A DNA stretch of 64,000 nucleotides from Eledone cirrhosa (GCA_964016885.1 OZ024741.1:120900001-120964000), one strand, 5' to 3'; shown: positions 12,400 through 27,469, numbered from the stretch's first letter. A program made the numbers and translations. Notes: generated by a model from the sequence alone, not told the origin.

Positions 12400-13745
12400 T
12401 TTATTTACTTGGAGAAAGCCTTTGACAGAGTTCCCTGCTCCATTATCTGGTGGGATCTTAGAAAACTAGGAGTAGATGAGTGGCTTGTGAAAGTTCTACA
12501 AGCCATGTATAGAGGAGGTACAGTCAGCAAGGTTAGAATTAACAATGAATATAGTGAAGAATTTAGTGTAAAAAGCTCCATCCTTAGCCCCCTCCTGTTT
12601 ATTATTGCCCTACAGGCTATAACAAAAGAGTTTAAGACTGGTTGCCCATGGGAACTTTTATATGCAGATGATCTAACTCTTATAGCTGAATCTATGGCTG
12701 AACTAGAGAAGAAATTTCCAAGATGTGTGTGCAGGAATGGAGTAGGTAGAAATTCATTCCATTCTATACCCCCAATGCAAACTATGGGTACATAAATGAT
12801 GTAATGTGATCACAGGCAAGCTATCAAAGAATGTTGGTTTTATATGTGACTGATGTTCAGATGCAGTGAGTAGCAAGTGCCCACTGGATACTAGCCCCTT
12901 CAACTTCCCAGATGGTTCTATAGAAATAGTAGACAAAGTGAAAGGCAGATTGTATGATGCTTGTATACGAACAGCAATGTTACATGGTAGCGAGACCTGG
13001 GCTTTGTGTGCAGAGGATCTGTGCAGATTGGAAAGGAATGAAGCATGCATGCTCCAATCGATGTGTAATAGTAATTAATATACACGAACAACAATGCATA
13101 AATGAACTAAGTGATAAATTAGGCATAAGAGGGATCAGATGCAGTTTACTAGAAAGGAGATTACATTGGTATAGTCATGTGATGCATATGAAGGACGACA
13201 GCTTTATAAAAAAGTGCAGGGCAATCAAAATTGATGGAAGCTACGGAGTAGGTAGACCCAGAAAGACCTGGGAAAATGTAATAAAAGCTGACCTTGCACA
13301 CTTGCACCTCTCTAAGACAATGTCACAGGAGTGAGATCTTTGGTGCTATGCAGTTATACAAAAGATCCGCCTTCACTTGCGTATGAACTTAAACCTACAG
13401 TCAGTAGGCACCTCTTAAACCAATGTGCACCCCACACCCCCTACACCTTCCTTTCATTTCCGCCCACACTACCCTTTCTCTGTAAAGTTATGTTAGTACC
13501 ACAAACCATCCAGCCCACACTGTAAAGTGGTTATGTAGGTGTCATGACAAAAAGCACCCAGTCCACACTGTAAATGTGGTTGGCATTAGGAAGGGCATCC
13601 AACCATAGAAAACCAACCAGAAACAGTCCTATACGAGCGTGACATGGTCACCTGACCCAGCTTGCCTCGAGTAGGACAAACCCGTCTAATCCATGCTAGC
13701 ATGGAAGATGGACGTTAAACGATGCTGCTGCTGATGATGATGATA
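12400..13745 (+). mobile_element. RTE-clade LINE (family A), 5'-truncated and degraded
   Basis: LEKAFDRV, ELLYADDL, RRLHWYSHV and GRPRKTW motifs. The 3'UTR ends GGACGTTAAACGATG...(GAT)n. Confidence 0.92.
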
Positions 13746-13949
13746 TCGGTTGGATAAGTTTTTTTCGGGCAGTTTTTCTATGGTTAGATGTTCTTCCTGA
13801 CAGCAACCCATACTTTCATTTATAAGTATGGTATATATACTGCATATCTTTGTTGAAATGCAATGCTGTGAGATGTATTCTTTCTGCTGGACATAAACCA
13901 AGGCCATCAGTTGCTTTAAATTTTGTCGATAAAGGGCATTGGTAAACTC

Positions 13950-14965
13950 ACACACACACACACACACACATGACGACCACCATCACAATTACAATTACCA
14001 CCATCAATACTAACACCACCATGACCATCATCATTGCCACCAACAATGCTATACCACTACCAGCATTGCCACCACCAGCAACACCATCATTATGATTTTC
14101 TACATCATCATCATCACTACCACCATGCATACACACACCACCAACACCACCACCACTACAACCATCACCAAACCCTACATCAACACCACTAAAACCATCA
14201 CAACCACCACCAAATTTAGTAAACCCCCCCCCCCCCCCCACACACACACACACAACACCACCACCACAACAATTACTATTATTGAAATTATTGTTGATGT
14301 TGCCGATATAAATATATCAGACTTTGAAATAACAATATTATTTGAAATAAAATAAAATAGATTAAATAACAAAAAAACAACAACAAAAAAAAAACAAATT
14401 AAAAAAACAAACAAACAAAAAAAACCCAATAACAATGGCACCACCACCACCACCACCACCACCACTACTAATACAAACAACACCACTACCACTATAAACA
14501 ACAACAAAACAGCACCACAAACAACAATAACAAAACACCACCACAATGTAAACAACAACAAACAAAAACCACCACCACCACCACAAACAACAACACCACC
14601 ACCACCAACAACTACAACCACACCATTACCACAACCCCCACCAATAACAACAGCACCACCACTACCACAACCACTACCACCAACAACAACGACACCGGAA
14701 AAAACCTTGAATGACTGTAAAGCTAGTCAACTTTTATACAGATATTTGATAATTATTTAATCTGTTCAATTCATAATCTATTGCGAAGTTATCATCATCA
14801 GCATTAACGCTACCATCATTATCATCATTACAACTACTATCGTCATCACTATCATTATCACAACCACTGTCATCATCATCATCATCATCATCACCACCAC
14901 CACCCCACTGCTATCATTGTCATCATAACGACCGTCATCACCCTCACCACCACCACTGCCACAAT
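13950..14965. repeat. CAC/CAA/CAT low-complexity tract
   Basis: Directly visible. Confidence 0.9.
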
Positions 14966-14968
14966 CGT

Positions 14969-15207
14969 CATCTATATATCTAAAACAGAGAATGTCTGTC
15001 TGTCCGACTCTCTAAAACTCCTGAACCACCAAACCGATTGTTTTCAAACTTTACACTTATGGTCGTGTGAGTGTTTTGAGCAAAAAATATTTCAAATTTT
15101 CAATGCCACATTAGGCGATTTAGCAATCTCTCTATAATTCTTAGTCTGTCTTTTTAGATAGATACATAGCTACGACGTCATGCCCTTATAATATCTGTCT
15201 GGCTATC

Positions 15208-15210
<3 letters not shown>
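14969..15210 (+). mobile_element. Helitron-like 5' fragment, same family as 9476-10388
   Basis: Starts TCTATATATCTAAAAC. It is similar to the reverse complement of about 10130-10330. Confidence 0.6.
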
Positions 15211-15262
<52 letters not shown>

Positions 15263-15369
15263 TGTAACGATTTTCGAAATATTTACTTCTTCGTTCACAG
15301 ATTGATTTTTTTCAGAAGAACCCGTTAAGGGTGAAAGCAGCGATTCTTCGCTTAAACTTTAATCTGTTA

Positions 15370-15431
<62 letters not shown>

Positions 15432-15483
15432 TGAGATTCTACAGGACTAGAACTGTTTCATTCTTTATAGATATATATATATA

Positions 15484-16450
15484 CAGGGTGAGGACGATAT
15501 TCGCAAGATTACTGTCTAGGAAAAAATAACACAGTAGTTTTATTTTTTAAGATATATTTATCAAACTTGGGTCAGTTTGTCTTCATAACTTTTTCTTTCG
15601 ATCTCACTCTATAAACCCGCCATTGGCTTTGATGACGGCTTCAAGGCGGCCTCAGAACTGGCTACAGGCCTTCGTCACTGTCCCCCGACTTAGGCACCTA
15701 AAGGCACTTGTGATCCTGGCCTTCACATCGTCTTTCGTATTGCAGCTAGATCTGTTGGTGTCTTGTTCCACTGCGCCCCACACAAAGAAGCCGAGGGGGT
15801 TGCAGTCAGGCGAGCTGGGAGGCCAGATGTCAGGTGAAGTGTGGTCGACAAAGTTCTCTGACAGCCAGGCTTGGGTCTTTCGGCTGGTATGGCAGGGCGC
15901 TGAGTCTTGCTGCCACACGTATGGCCAGCCTGCAGCTACCTGGTCGATCCAGGGCTTTACTACCTCGCTCAGAACGCGGATGTAGCCATCGGTGTTCAGC
16001 TTGAGGCCCTCAGGGAAGAAGTGAGGTGGCATGACGTCACCTTGATTGCTGACTACACCTAAGACCAATATTGTCGCTGGAAACTTTGTCTGCATGACTC
16101 TGGGCAAGTCTTTGGATGAGACAGCGAGCCACCTGTTGTTCTGGGAGTTGATCTTCTGGTCTTGGCAGAAGTTTTTCTCGTTGGAGAAAAACCACAGCAT
16201 GTCTGGCTCCATTGAGTGTTTCAACTTGTTGATCAGCTTCTTTGCGTGCTTCAGTCGCTTTTCTTGCATCGCCTTTGACAGAAATTGTCCTTTCCTCATC
16301 TTGTATGAACCGTAGCGAATGTCTTCATGTACCACCAGCCTAATGAGCTTTTCATCCACGAGGTGGTGTGGCTGTTGCAGCGGGTGTCGCTGGCCATAGT
16401 GCGCGGGAGTCTCTGGTGATTGTTCGCAGGAATGTCTTTAAGGTCTTGTC
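15484..16450 (-). mobile_element. maT/DD37D Tc1-mariner transposon, inactive transposase (ORF 15652-16359)
   Basis: WFFSNEK, WQQDSAPCH and WPPSSPDCNPLG, with 37 residues between the 2nd and 3rd catalytic positions. The 1st D is now N and the 3rd D is now G. One terminus TA-CAGGGTG is present. Confidence 0.9.
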
Positions 16451-16863
16451 TGTTGTCTGCGGGGCACAGCCCCATTACCACTGCGCCTTTGACCCAGAGC
16501 CCAATCACCCTCCCCCCTCCCCATTCTTCTGTGAGACTAGAACCCCTGCCTTTTACTTCCTTTTCTGTTTTTTCTTCTTATCGGAACATAGCAGTATATT
16601 CTTATAAAAAATATAGTAAAGAAAGGGTTGACTCTTTTGATGCCGCCTGAAACTGCCCCTGAGTCTATGATAGAAAAATGTGTAAGTGGTACTTTATTTT
16701 ATTTACCTTGTAAAAATGAAAGGCAAAGCTACCTTGGCGGAATTTCAACTCAGAATGTAAAGGGATGTAACTCTATGCTGCAAAGCATGTCTGACACTCT
16801 ACCAATTACTGCCAATACACCAAAACGGGAAACAATACAACTGTTACATGTAGGACCTCTTAA

Positions 16864-17067
16864 CCCTTTAGCATTTACATTACTCTATATATACTATTGT
16901 ATTTTTGTGCTAAAGGCTTTACCTCACATAATATCGAACCTGAGATTTTGATGTTATTTATTTTGAGAATACATTATATATATTTTTGAATACATAAGTT
17001 ATGGTTGGTTTGAACAAAAAGAGTGAGAGAATTCTGGCTGGATATGGCCGGTTTAAATGCTAAAGGG
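16864..17067. mobile_element. piggyBac-like MITE
   Basis: TTAA-CCCTTTAGCATTTA ... TAAATGCTAAAGGG-TTAA. Relatives at about 25197-25346, 41776-41982 and 55243-55435. Confidence 0.8.
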
Positions 17068-18274
17068 TTAAATCTAGCAACACTCATTGTCTGGTATGTT
17101 GTCAATCTGCAACCAGTAGTTTGTTGATGAGCCACCAGGATGGCACAGTTAATAGTGCTAAACCACCAAACTGTTTATTGTAGCCAAGTATTTTGGTGAT
17201 ATAGTGGTTTCTGCTCCATTGTACCGTGTACTGTTATTTTTAGTTTTAGAATTATATTACACAACAATTATTGTACATGCTGTAAAGTGGTTGGTGACAA
17301 GAAAGGTATCCAGCTGTAGAAAGTGTGCCAAACAAAGAGTTGGGAAGACCCTTCAGTTGTGTCAAAGACATGACAGCCTCCTTAGTGTCGGTGATTGACA
17401 CAGTAAATACACCCCAGTACATGCTGTACAGTGGTTGGTTATAGGAAGTGTATCCAGCCATAGAAAGCTTGTCAAACAAAGGGTTGGGAGGACCATTCAG
17501 CTGTATCAAAGACATGACAACCAGCGACGTGCAGAGCTCTGGTGATGCCCGGGGCAAATCTTGATTGTGTGCCCCAAAGACTCCAGTATAAAGCCTAATA
17601 TACTGAGAAATATGAGAAAGGAAAACATTTTGAATATATAAACACAGATGAAACATGAAATAAACGCTTTATTCGATTTTAATATAAATCAATCAAATTT
17701 ATTAAGTTCTTTCTCCAAATGATGCCCCCATCCAAAGGATGTCCAGAGCCAATGCCCCATTACTGATGTCAACTTCTCCTGTGCACTTGGTAGAAAGTGA
17801 GACTATGTAAGTGAGATAACAAACTCCTAACCTGTCTAGAAGGTTAGTAGCTCCGCTTCAGTACTGACTTGGTCTATATAGACATGTGCAACCCTTTCTA
17901 AAGAGAAAGCAGACATTAAAACACTGATGGTGATGATGAATGCAGTTCACATTCAGAGTTGAAATCCCCACTAAGGTCGACCCGGCCTTTCATCCTTCTG
18001 GGGGTGATTAAAGTAGCAGTCAAATACTAGGTTGATATAATCAACTTTACCCCACTTTCTTATTCCTCAGTGCTCTTCTCTACACATTTATGAAGAGTAC
18101 ATCTTGGGTGAGGAGAAAGGAAGCCTATAAACTGGAATGACTGATATAGTGGGTATAGCAGGTGAAACTCCAGACTAACAGGATTCATCATTTAACCATA
18201 TTAAAGTATATAATTAAACCCTACTTTAGTATTGAATACTCATTCTCATGTCCGTCAACATCACACAGATATAC

Positions 18275-18317
<43 letters not shown>

Positions 18318-18869
18318 CATATATATATATATATATATACATATAATCATCATTTAACATCCATTTCCCATGCTAGCATGGGTTGAGCCTTTGGGAGAGA
18401 ATCAGGTCAGAGGACTGTGTTTTGCTCACCCGGGGCTGATTTTGGCTTGGTTTCTACAGTTGAATGCCCTTCCTAATGCTAACCACATTTACAATATGTG
18501 CTGGGTGCCTTTTGTTGTCACCTACATGACCACATTACAGTGTGTACTGGGTGATTTTGTTGTGACTCCTACATGACCACATTAGTGATGGCTGGGCATG
18601 TAATATTTATGTACACACACACAGTAAAAAAAAAACAAAACAAAACATTTACACAAATATTACATACAAATGCTCTCCGGACTCCCCCCACTCTCTTTCT
18701 CTGTAACATCTCTAGGTTGTTATGGGAACTTGAAAAAATAAATAAATAAAAGCAAATATTGGTATCTGAATTATTATTTTTTCATTTAATGAATGAATTC
18801 TTTTCATTTTTTCAGTGTTCAAATATCTTAACTAAATAAAAAAATTATTATGTAATATTTGTTATGTTA

Positions 18870-18882
18870 CACACACACACGC

Positions 18883-18972
<90 letters not shown>
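18870..18972. repeat. (CA)n microsatellite
   Basis: Directly visible. Confidence 0.95.
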
Positions 18973-18974
<2 letters not shown>

Positions 18975-21868
18975 TATTTATTTGCTTTTCAAATTTCACA
19001 TGCACAACATGTGTGTGTGTGTGTGTAATGTATCTATGTGTATATAATGTATTTATTTTGGCTCTCAATTTAACTTAGCTGTTTATTTAATATATTTAAA
19101 TTGGTAGAGTAAGACAGCTGCAACTTGTAACTGAAGGAATAATTTCTTCTCACTTGTCCAACTTCTGCCACCAAGGAAAACATACATACATACGTATGAT
19201 GAGGCTGATTGTGATAACAGGGCCACTATTTTGCCAATTAAATAAACTCTTGTATATTACTGGTACTTATATTCTTGAGCCCCATCCCTGTCTCTAGCCA
19301 AGGCTAAAGTTGATCCCAGTCAGATTTGAACCCAGAATGTTGGGATATAAAACTAAATAATTGTTTCTACTTTTGGCACAAGGCTAGCAAATACCCAGTG
19401 TATTACTGGTACTTTATTTTATCGACCTCGTAAGGATGAAAGGCAAAGTTAACCTCAGAATGGCAAGGGCCGTAACTCTATACGTCAAAGCATGGCGTCT
19501 GACTCTACCGACACTGCCAATCCATCACCCTTAAAACTAAATAATATGATACATTTACACCCATTGCACTGTAGTGTCTGCCTGCAGTCTGTTAACCCAT
19601 TCATTACATTTCTAATGAAATACACTGCTTATGATTTTCAAATAATTTTGAAAATAATTAAGCATTTAGAGGAATTTAGTTATATAACTTTCTTGTTATT
19701 AAGATGGTATTTGGAACATAACTCAGCAAAAGTTCATCATCATCATCATCATCATTTTTACGTCCGCTTTTCCCTGCTTGAAAGGGTGGGACGGGAACTG
19801 ATTCTGGCTTGATTTCTACAGCTGGATGCCCTTCCTAACACCAACCTCATTTACAGTGAGTGCTGGGTGCTTTTTTTCTGTGGCGCCTACACGACCACTT
19901 TACAGTGTGGGCTGGGTGCTTTTTTGCTGTGGCACCTCCATGACCACTGTGCAGTGGAATGATAGGGACCCCAGTCCTATCATCTCATTTCTACAGCTGA
20001 GTAAACTGGAGCAATGTGAAATAAAGTGTCTTACTCAAGGAAACAACACATCACCCGATCCGAGAATTGAACTCACAACCTTTCGATTGCAAGCCCAATG
20101 CTCTAACCACTAAGCCATGCACCTGCATGAAATTGAGATAGAATTTTTCTTTTTAAAGGTAACTCTTTTGTTCGTGAAGGCGCGTGGCTCACAATTGTGA
20201 GGTTGCAAGTTCGATTCCCAGACTGGGTAATGCTATACGTCCTTGAACAAGACACTTTATTTCATGTTGCTTTTTCTGTCAGGAGTTGTGACCGCTAGAT
20301 AGTATCAGCAATGGAAAGACCAATGGAAACATTGTTTTTTTTAGTCTGATTGACAAGTTCCACTCTACTCGGTAGGGGAATGAGGTCTGGGAGCTTGTGG
20401 GCCGATTCGATTGATTTCTTTTGTTACTATATTCCTAATTAAAGACATTGATTTCAAATAATTTTGAAAATTATCAAGAATTTGGAGGGGCTTAGCTATA
20501 TAATTTTCTCATTATTTAACTGGTGATTGGAATATAACAATTGTTCTTACATAAAATTATGATAGTTTTAAAAAAAAATAAACGTAATCACTAATCCTTT
20601 CCTTATCATATTCCTAATGAAAGACACCGCCTTTCATTTTTAAATAATCTCGAAAATCAAGAACTTGGAGAGCTGTAATAAAATAACTAACTTTCTCGTT
20701 AGTAAGCTGCTGTTTGGAACATAACTTAATAAAAGTTCTTTCATAAAATTATGATAGAAGATTCTTATTGATAAATATAAACACTTTAAAACAGTTGTAA
20801 AATAGGACAAGGGTGGGTCTCAGGTACTATGGCCCTTTATGTTTTTCAGGATCCTTAGCAAATCTTTAATTAATGTATCCATGATATAGTTGTTCATTAT
20901 TGCCTGTATCATAGCTACTGACTGACTACTGCTGTTATTAATTAATTTGTCGGTCTACCCCATTGTTATTACTTCTGCTAATTATATAGTTCCCATAGTT
21001 TCATAGAGATATTCACTGAAAAATGTCTGTTGGTTTCCCTTGTGGTATTGGTGGTAGTTGTGATGGTAATAGTGGTGTTGATGGTGTTGTTGTTGGGGTG
21101 GGGTGATACTATTGCTACTACCATCACAATTGCTCCCACTCCATACTGTGAAGTGGTTGGCATTAGGAAGGGCATCCAGCCAAACCCAAAACAGAGTGTA
21201 TGAGCAATCTACCCTCAGTACATGACAACTTGCATAACCCATGCAAGCATGGAAAATAGATGTTAAATGGTGATGATGATACACACTCACTGAAGTGGCA
21301 AAGTTGTTATGATGTCGAATTAATAATACATTCTTTCAAAGTTGATAAATAAAGTGCCACACATTTTCTTTCTCTCCCCCTATTTCTCTAACTCTCTTTC
21401 TCCGGAAGAAATCAACTTTATTCTAACATGGAGAGGGATGGGCTTCATGAAGCGGTGTGTCAGGAGGATGGTGACTCTACAAATACATCAAGAGTTAAAC
21501 ACCTTATGTATAATGTGTGTGTGTGGTCTTGTAACAACTGAGGGTACCAGAGGGGCGCTGTGTAGATATACAGCATTTCTAGAGTATTTTTAAACCTGGC
21601 TGAGCCCATCTCTCCTCGTCTGAATGCAGCAGATTTCATCTAGAGAAGGATAGAGAGGGAGAGAATGGAAGTGAGAAAGAAATATAGAGGATAAATCAAC
21701 CCCAATACTTGACTGGTAGTTTTTTTTATTGACCTTGAATGGATGAAAGGCAAAGTTGACAGTGGCATGATTTGAACTGAGGGAGCAGAGAACCCGAACG
21801 AATACCACAAAGCATTCTATCTGATGTTTGTGTGTGTGTATGTATGTATACACACACACACACACATA

Positions 21869-22400
21869 ATGGGTTGGCCAAAAAAGTTTGGTTGGTCTTT
21901 GTTGACACTAAACTTCAAGAATTTTAATAAGTAGCCAACTTCAGTCTGTACTTTGAGCATGTACATTTGTTAGATACTTGACACTACATTGTAATTCAAC
22001 ATGAACTTCCATCGAGACAGGTTGTCTTTTGTATGCTTGGTGTCACCCTGAAAATAGAGAGAACCAAAATGAACATTATTTTCAAAAAAGGCAGGAAAGC
22101 GATGGAAACCTGCAGGAAGATATGAACTGTGTACAAGAAGGATGCTATTACAGAATGTGTGGGCTAGAAGTGTTTTTCAAGATTTCCATTGAGAAATGTT
22201 TCTGTTCAAGATGCACCAGCCAACTGAGATTAATAGTTTCAAAATGAACGAGTTAGTTGACACTAACCCTCGTTATATGACAAGGATGATGGCAGATATT
22301 TTCCAAATATCCAAATTTAATGATGAAAACCATCTGCATCAACTTGGTTATGTCAGCATGTTCAATGTTTGAGTCCCACATTAATTAAATAAAGCTAAGC
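21869..22400 (+). mobile_element. Degraded mariner transposon, 5' half
   Basis: TGGGTTGGCCAAAAAAGTT TIR-like start. The remnant LHQLGYVSMFNV*VPH*L corresponds to the mariner WVPHEL motif. Confidence 0.7.
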
Positions 22401-22401
22401 C

Positions 22402-22692
22402 CATGAAAAAGTGTGTGGTTTCACTATCTTCCATAACTGTTTAATCAATTCATGAAAAGTGTATATTCCATAGCTGTTGAATCTATTCATTCATTAAAAA
22501 TGTGTGATTCCACTATATTCCGTAGCTGTTGCATCCATCCATTCATAAAAAGTGTTTAGTTCCACTGTATTCTATAGCTGTTGCATCCATCCATTCATGA
22601 AAAGTGTGTGGTTACACTATATTCTATAACTTTTTAATCTATTTATGAAAAGTGTTGTTCTACTATATTCCATAGCTGTTGAATCCATTCAC
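22402..22692. repeat. Minisatellite, unit about 47 bp, about 6 copies
   Basis: Repeated CATGAAAAGTGTGTGGTT.CACTATATTCCATAGCTGTTG.ATC.ATT. Confidence 0.85.
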
Positions 22693-24620
22693 AAAATGGT
22701 AACAGTAGTACACTTTAAATTTTACAGTCACTGTTGTATGTCCTTTACTCTTAAAACTATTTTTGTTTGATATTTGTGTCTGTCTGTCAGTGTGTTTGCC
22801 TGACTGCCTGTCTGTGAGATTTTTTGTCTGTCTATCTCTTTCTCTCTCTCTCTGCCTGTATGCCTGCCTGTCTGTCAGTTTGTGTCTCCATCATTGCCTC
22901 ATTCACACACATACACATAAGTATGCATACATACACACAATCTATCAAATTAACATATATCTGCTTCTCTTTCTTTATTTTATACACTGTCATACATGCA
23001 GACCCACTCATACACACATAATATTCATACATTTCTTTCATGAATGCAGTATGGTTGGATGGTTAAGAGGTTTGCTTCACAGTCATTCGGTCTGGCTTCA
23101 ATTCAACTTTGTGGCATCTCAGGCAAGTGTCATACCACAATCTCAGGTCGACTCATGCCTTGTGAGTGACATTGAGTAGACAGAAACTGTATAGAAGCCT
23201 GTCATATCAACTGTATCTGTATTTCAAAGGGTCAGCCTTGTCACACACTGTGTTATGCTGAATCTCCCTGAGAATTACATTAAGATTAGGCTGTTCCTTT
23301 AATTGAACAAGTGCAACACTCCTCATTGAAACTGCCAGAGAGAGGTTAACTGAGATTTCTTTTATAAACTACTTTTTTTCTCACATGTCTAAAAAAAAGA
23401 AAAAGAAAAAAAGAAATTAGATAATTTTTATTGTATTATAATCTAATTTAGATTTTTCGTCCTGTGATAATTTAATTTATTGAAACTAGTAACAAAAATC
23501 CAAACACAATTAGAGCCCACCTCCATTTCACCCTCTCCTACTTAGAAAACAAAAAAGAAAAAAAGTCACAGCTCTTTGATCCCCCTCTTTCCTCCCACTA
23601 ATCCCTGATAACTTCTACTCCCTTCTATCTCACATTTAGAGCACTCCCTCAATGCCTTCCACCCCCCACAAGCCCCCATCTACCTCTTTGCACAATCTCC
23701 CCTATCCCTTCCAACTCCTTTGTACTCCCACCCCCTAAAAAACAAAAACAGAAACATTCCCTCTCTACCTACACCCCCCTCATCTATTCCACCCCCTTCA
23801 CCCTTTACTTTTCTTCATCTGACCCACCTCTCCACCCCAACCTGATTAAAACAAATAAACAGCCCCGTCTAAACCCATGCTAGCGTGGAAGATAGCTGTT
23901 AAACAATGATGATGATGTTGATGAAACAGAAGAACCCCCCCCCCCCCCCCCCATCTAACCATCACCCTCAACTTGGAAATCAAAAGCCAAACCAACAAAA
24001 AAAAACAATCTATTCTGTCTGCCCTTCTTTCTACTTTGAGACCTCCCTGACACAAAAAAGAGAGCCCATAACCTCCTCTGCCTCTTCTATCCCCCCACAT
24101 GACAACCACTATTCCTCCAGACCCCCCACCAAAAAAAAAAGGTTTCACTCCACCAAACTACCTCTGCCTCTTTTTTTTTTCTCTCACACGACTACCCCAT
24201 ATCCTCCCACCACACCCCCTCCGACTTCTTCCAACCTACAACACCCATCACTCAGAACCCCCTCCCCTCTCAAAAGAATCAAAAACAAAGACCCAACAAA
24301 ACAATAGCAAAGAAAAAACAATAACAAAAAAGCCAAAAATAAATCTCCCCCAAAACACAAAAATAAAATGAAAAAAATGTATTTTTCTTGTAACACACCA
24401 CTTTAAAAATCATATGGTCTTAATTTCTTTAAACAAAAAGACTCATAAAGCTGTTTTAATAGTTTTGCCTCTACAGTCTACAATTACAAATAAGAGATTT
24501 TAGTATTTCTTTTCAAACCATACTTTTCTTATTTTAGAAAGATTATTTCAATTTTATGGGCTTCTTGTTTTTTTCTCGTTTATTTCTTTTATTAAGGTAT
24601 TATGAAAATGAAATGAAATT

Positions 24621-24935
24621 CACAGCTCACACCTATGTAGGGTTAACTGACCTCCTGTTAGGTTGTATCTCATAGGAGGTTTCTCGGGTATTTTAATGAT
24701 AGGGACCCCAGTCTTATCACAGACACACACACATATATGTTGTTACAGCTCACACCTACCTACTAGGTTGTATCTCATAGGAGGTTTCTCAGGTGTTTTA
24801 ATGAAAGGAACCCCCATTCCTATCACTCATACCTAAGTTAGAGCTCATACCTATGTAAGTTTAGCTGGCCTCTTACGAGGTTATATATCTCATAGGTGGT
24901 TTCTTGAATGCTTTAATGATAGGGGCCCCAGTTCT
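24621..24935. repeat. Tandem repeat, about 3 diverged copies of a ~100-bp unit
   Basis: ACAGCTCACACCTA...GGTTGTATCTCATAGGAGGTTTCTC...TTTTAATGATAGGGACCCCAG repeated. Confidence 0.8.
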
Positions 24936-26109
24936 CTCTCGCTCTCCCTCCCTCTCTCTCTCTTACGCCAATCTGTGTGGTTTGTGAATACAATTTTAAA
25001 GTGGACAGTGTGTGTATGTGTGCTTTATGGAGCAGAGTTAAAAAAATAATTTGTTTAACTTTTTCATCACCGTATTTCTAATGAAAGGCACTACCTATGA
25101 TTTTCAAATAATTTTGAAAATGATCAAGCATTTTGAGGGGTGTGTCGACTTGTCCAACCTATGCAAACACTTGGGTAACTTGTGGACTTGTTTAACCCTT
25201 TAACATTTAAACTGGCTGTATACAGCCAACTTTAAGTTATTGTTCTCAAAATAAATGATATCAAAATCTCATTCGATATTATGTGAGATAAAGCCTTTAC
25301 CATGAAAATACAATAGTAAATATAGAGTAATGTGAATGCTAAATGGTTAACCCATGTAAACATTGGAGGGGATTGTGGATTTGTTCAACTCATGTTGACA
25401 TTGGAAGGACTTGTGGATTTGTTTAACTCATGTAGACATTGAAAGGACATGTGGACTTGTTCAGTTCATGTAAGCATTTGAACGAATTTGTTGTCCAACC
25501 CCTGCCACATAGAAATGATGATTCTTATTTCATGTGGAAATGTAGATTGATGCCAGTGGGCTAACAAGTTGGATTTAGACTGTTCACTTTTTTAAGTTAC
25601 TGTTTATTTTCTAATGATAGGAGTCTTCCACATAGTTTCTGCCTACCAAATCTTACCCATAAAAGTATGGTCAACTCAAGTCTATAGTAGAAGACTCTTG
25701 CCCTATGCGCCACATAGTGGGACTGAAACCTGAAACCATGTGGCCATACCTGCACCGCGAACCGAACTAGAAAAAGTGTAATGTGACATTGTAGTGAATC
25801 AGGTCATGTAGAGAAAACATGTGGCACATATAGTTCAGTTAGAAAGTCATGTAAACTATCAGAACAGATGTCAACCCCCCCCCCCCCCCCACACATACAT
25901 CATCATTTCAGCCCTCTCCTTTTTTGTTAAATATTAAATGACCCTTTATAGATGAAAGAGGTACAACAATTGAGAAACAGAGAGAGAGAGAGAGAGAGAT
26001 TAGGGGGGATGTGGAAGTTAGCAATGAACATGTGAAAGATCATAACAGACCATCAGATTGAGTTAGTTGTTAGTTAAACAGTGAACTGAAAGATTAATTA
26101 AAAAAAGGC

Positions 26110-26350
26110 TATAATGATAAAAATAATAATAATAATAATAATAGTAATAATAATGATGGTGATGATGATGATGGCACTGTTAATAATGATGAGAATAATA
26201 ATGATGATGAGGATGGTAATTATGATGATGACGAGGTGTAGGAGGATGATAATTATGATGAGGATGATCATGATGTTGAGGATCATGATGATGATAATTA
26301 TGAAGGTGGTAATAATGATGATGATGATAATGATAATGATTATGATGATT
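26110..26350. repeat. (ATA)/(ATG) trinucleotide tract
   Basis: Directly visible. Confidence 0.9.
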
Positions 26351-27109
26351 TCCTTATTTAATAGAAGTGTTCTGGTTCAGTAAACCTGTCCTGCCCAATA
26401 AGAGAATATAGAAGCAATGGTTGATGACACATAATCTTGATTATAATGTGACTTATCACATGGTTTTCTAAAAAAACAATAAACTACAAATGAACTATAG
26501 ATTGTAGGCATGGCTGTGTGGTTAACAAGTTTGTTTTGTCACCACGTGGTTTTGGGGTTTTGATCTCCACTGCAATACCTTGTTTAAGTTGTCTTCTACT
26601 AGAACCTCGGGTTGACCTGATACTTTGTGAGTAGAATTTGGTTGACAGAAACTATACAGAAACCTGTTGTATATCCTCATCATCACAATCATCATTATAT
26701 GTCATCTGTTCACTGTAATGCGAAGGCCTTCAGAAGCCAATTTCAGTTGGCCATGGCCCTGTGTCACATTCATAAATTTACTACTTATTTATCTATTTCA
26801 TCCTCTGTCTTCTTCAACTCTGTGAACCTGTCCCCATCTTGGTCTCCATTACCTACATAGTTTTGCCCCATCTGTTGTCATTTGTTTGAGACACGTTTTG
26901 CTCACTTTCATCTTCTCTTCTTCACCCCTTTTATTACAGTATTTCTAATGAAAGACACTGTCTATAATTTTAAAGTCTTTTTGAAAATCAAGAATTCAGA
27001 GGGATTTAGTAATACAATGAACTTTCTTATTACTAAGCTGGTATTTACAAAAAGGGGGTGAGTGGGTCATGGCTGGAACAACCTTTGTTCATCATCACAT
27101 CATTGCGAC

Positions 27110-27400
27110 CTCAGGCGAACATTCTTGGCAAAGTCTCTCTACAATTCATGATTTTTTATTGCTCCTGGCAACTGCTCCTTACTAAGGTTTGTATCGTCTG
27201 AGAGTTGATTGATGAAGGTTCAAGCAGGTCTTCCTCTACTGCATCTCCCATGAGTTGGTTCAATAGGAGCTTCCTCCAACAATGTCCTTCAAATCATAAC
27301 CATCTTTGAGCAATCGAAGTTATTATTTATCTTGGGCAAGTTTCTGTATAAACTTTCATTTGTAATATGTTAATGCCAGTTTATGTTTTGTATTAATCAG
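27110..27400 (-). mobile_element. RTE family B-like 3' relic
   Basis: Minus strand encodes EPTHGRCSRGRPA, similar to the C-terminus of 62990-63770. Confidence 0.55.
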
Positions 27401-27469
27401 GGCTTACCTGGGGCTAAATGCAACAGCAACAACAATGATTATCTGAACAGCACAATAATAGTATATATA

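Noticed and set aside
22402-22692. Regularly spaced repeats resembling a CRISPR array (also 43671-43940 and 40280-40588)
   Set aside because: Whole units are repeated with no unique spacers, the context is eukaryotic, and there are no cas genes.
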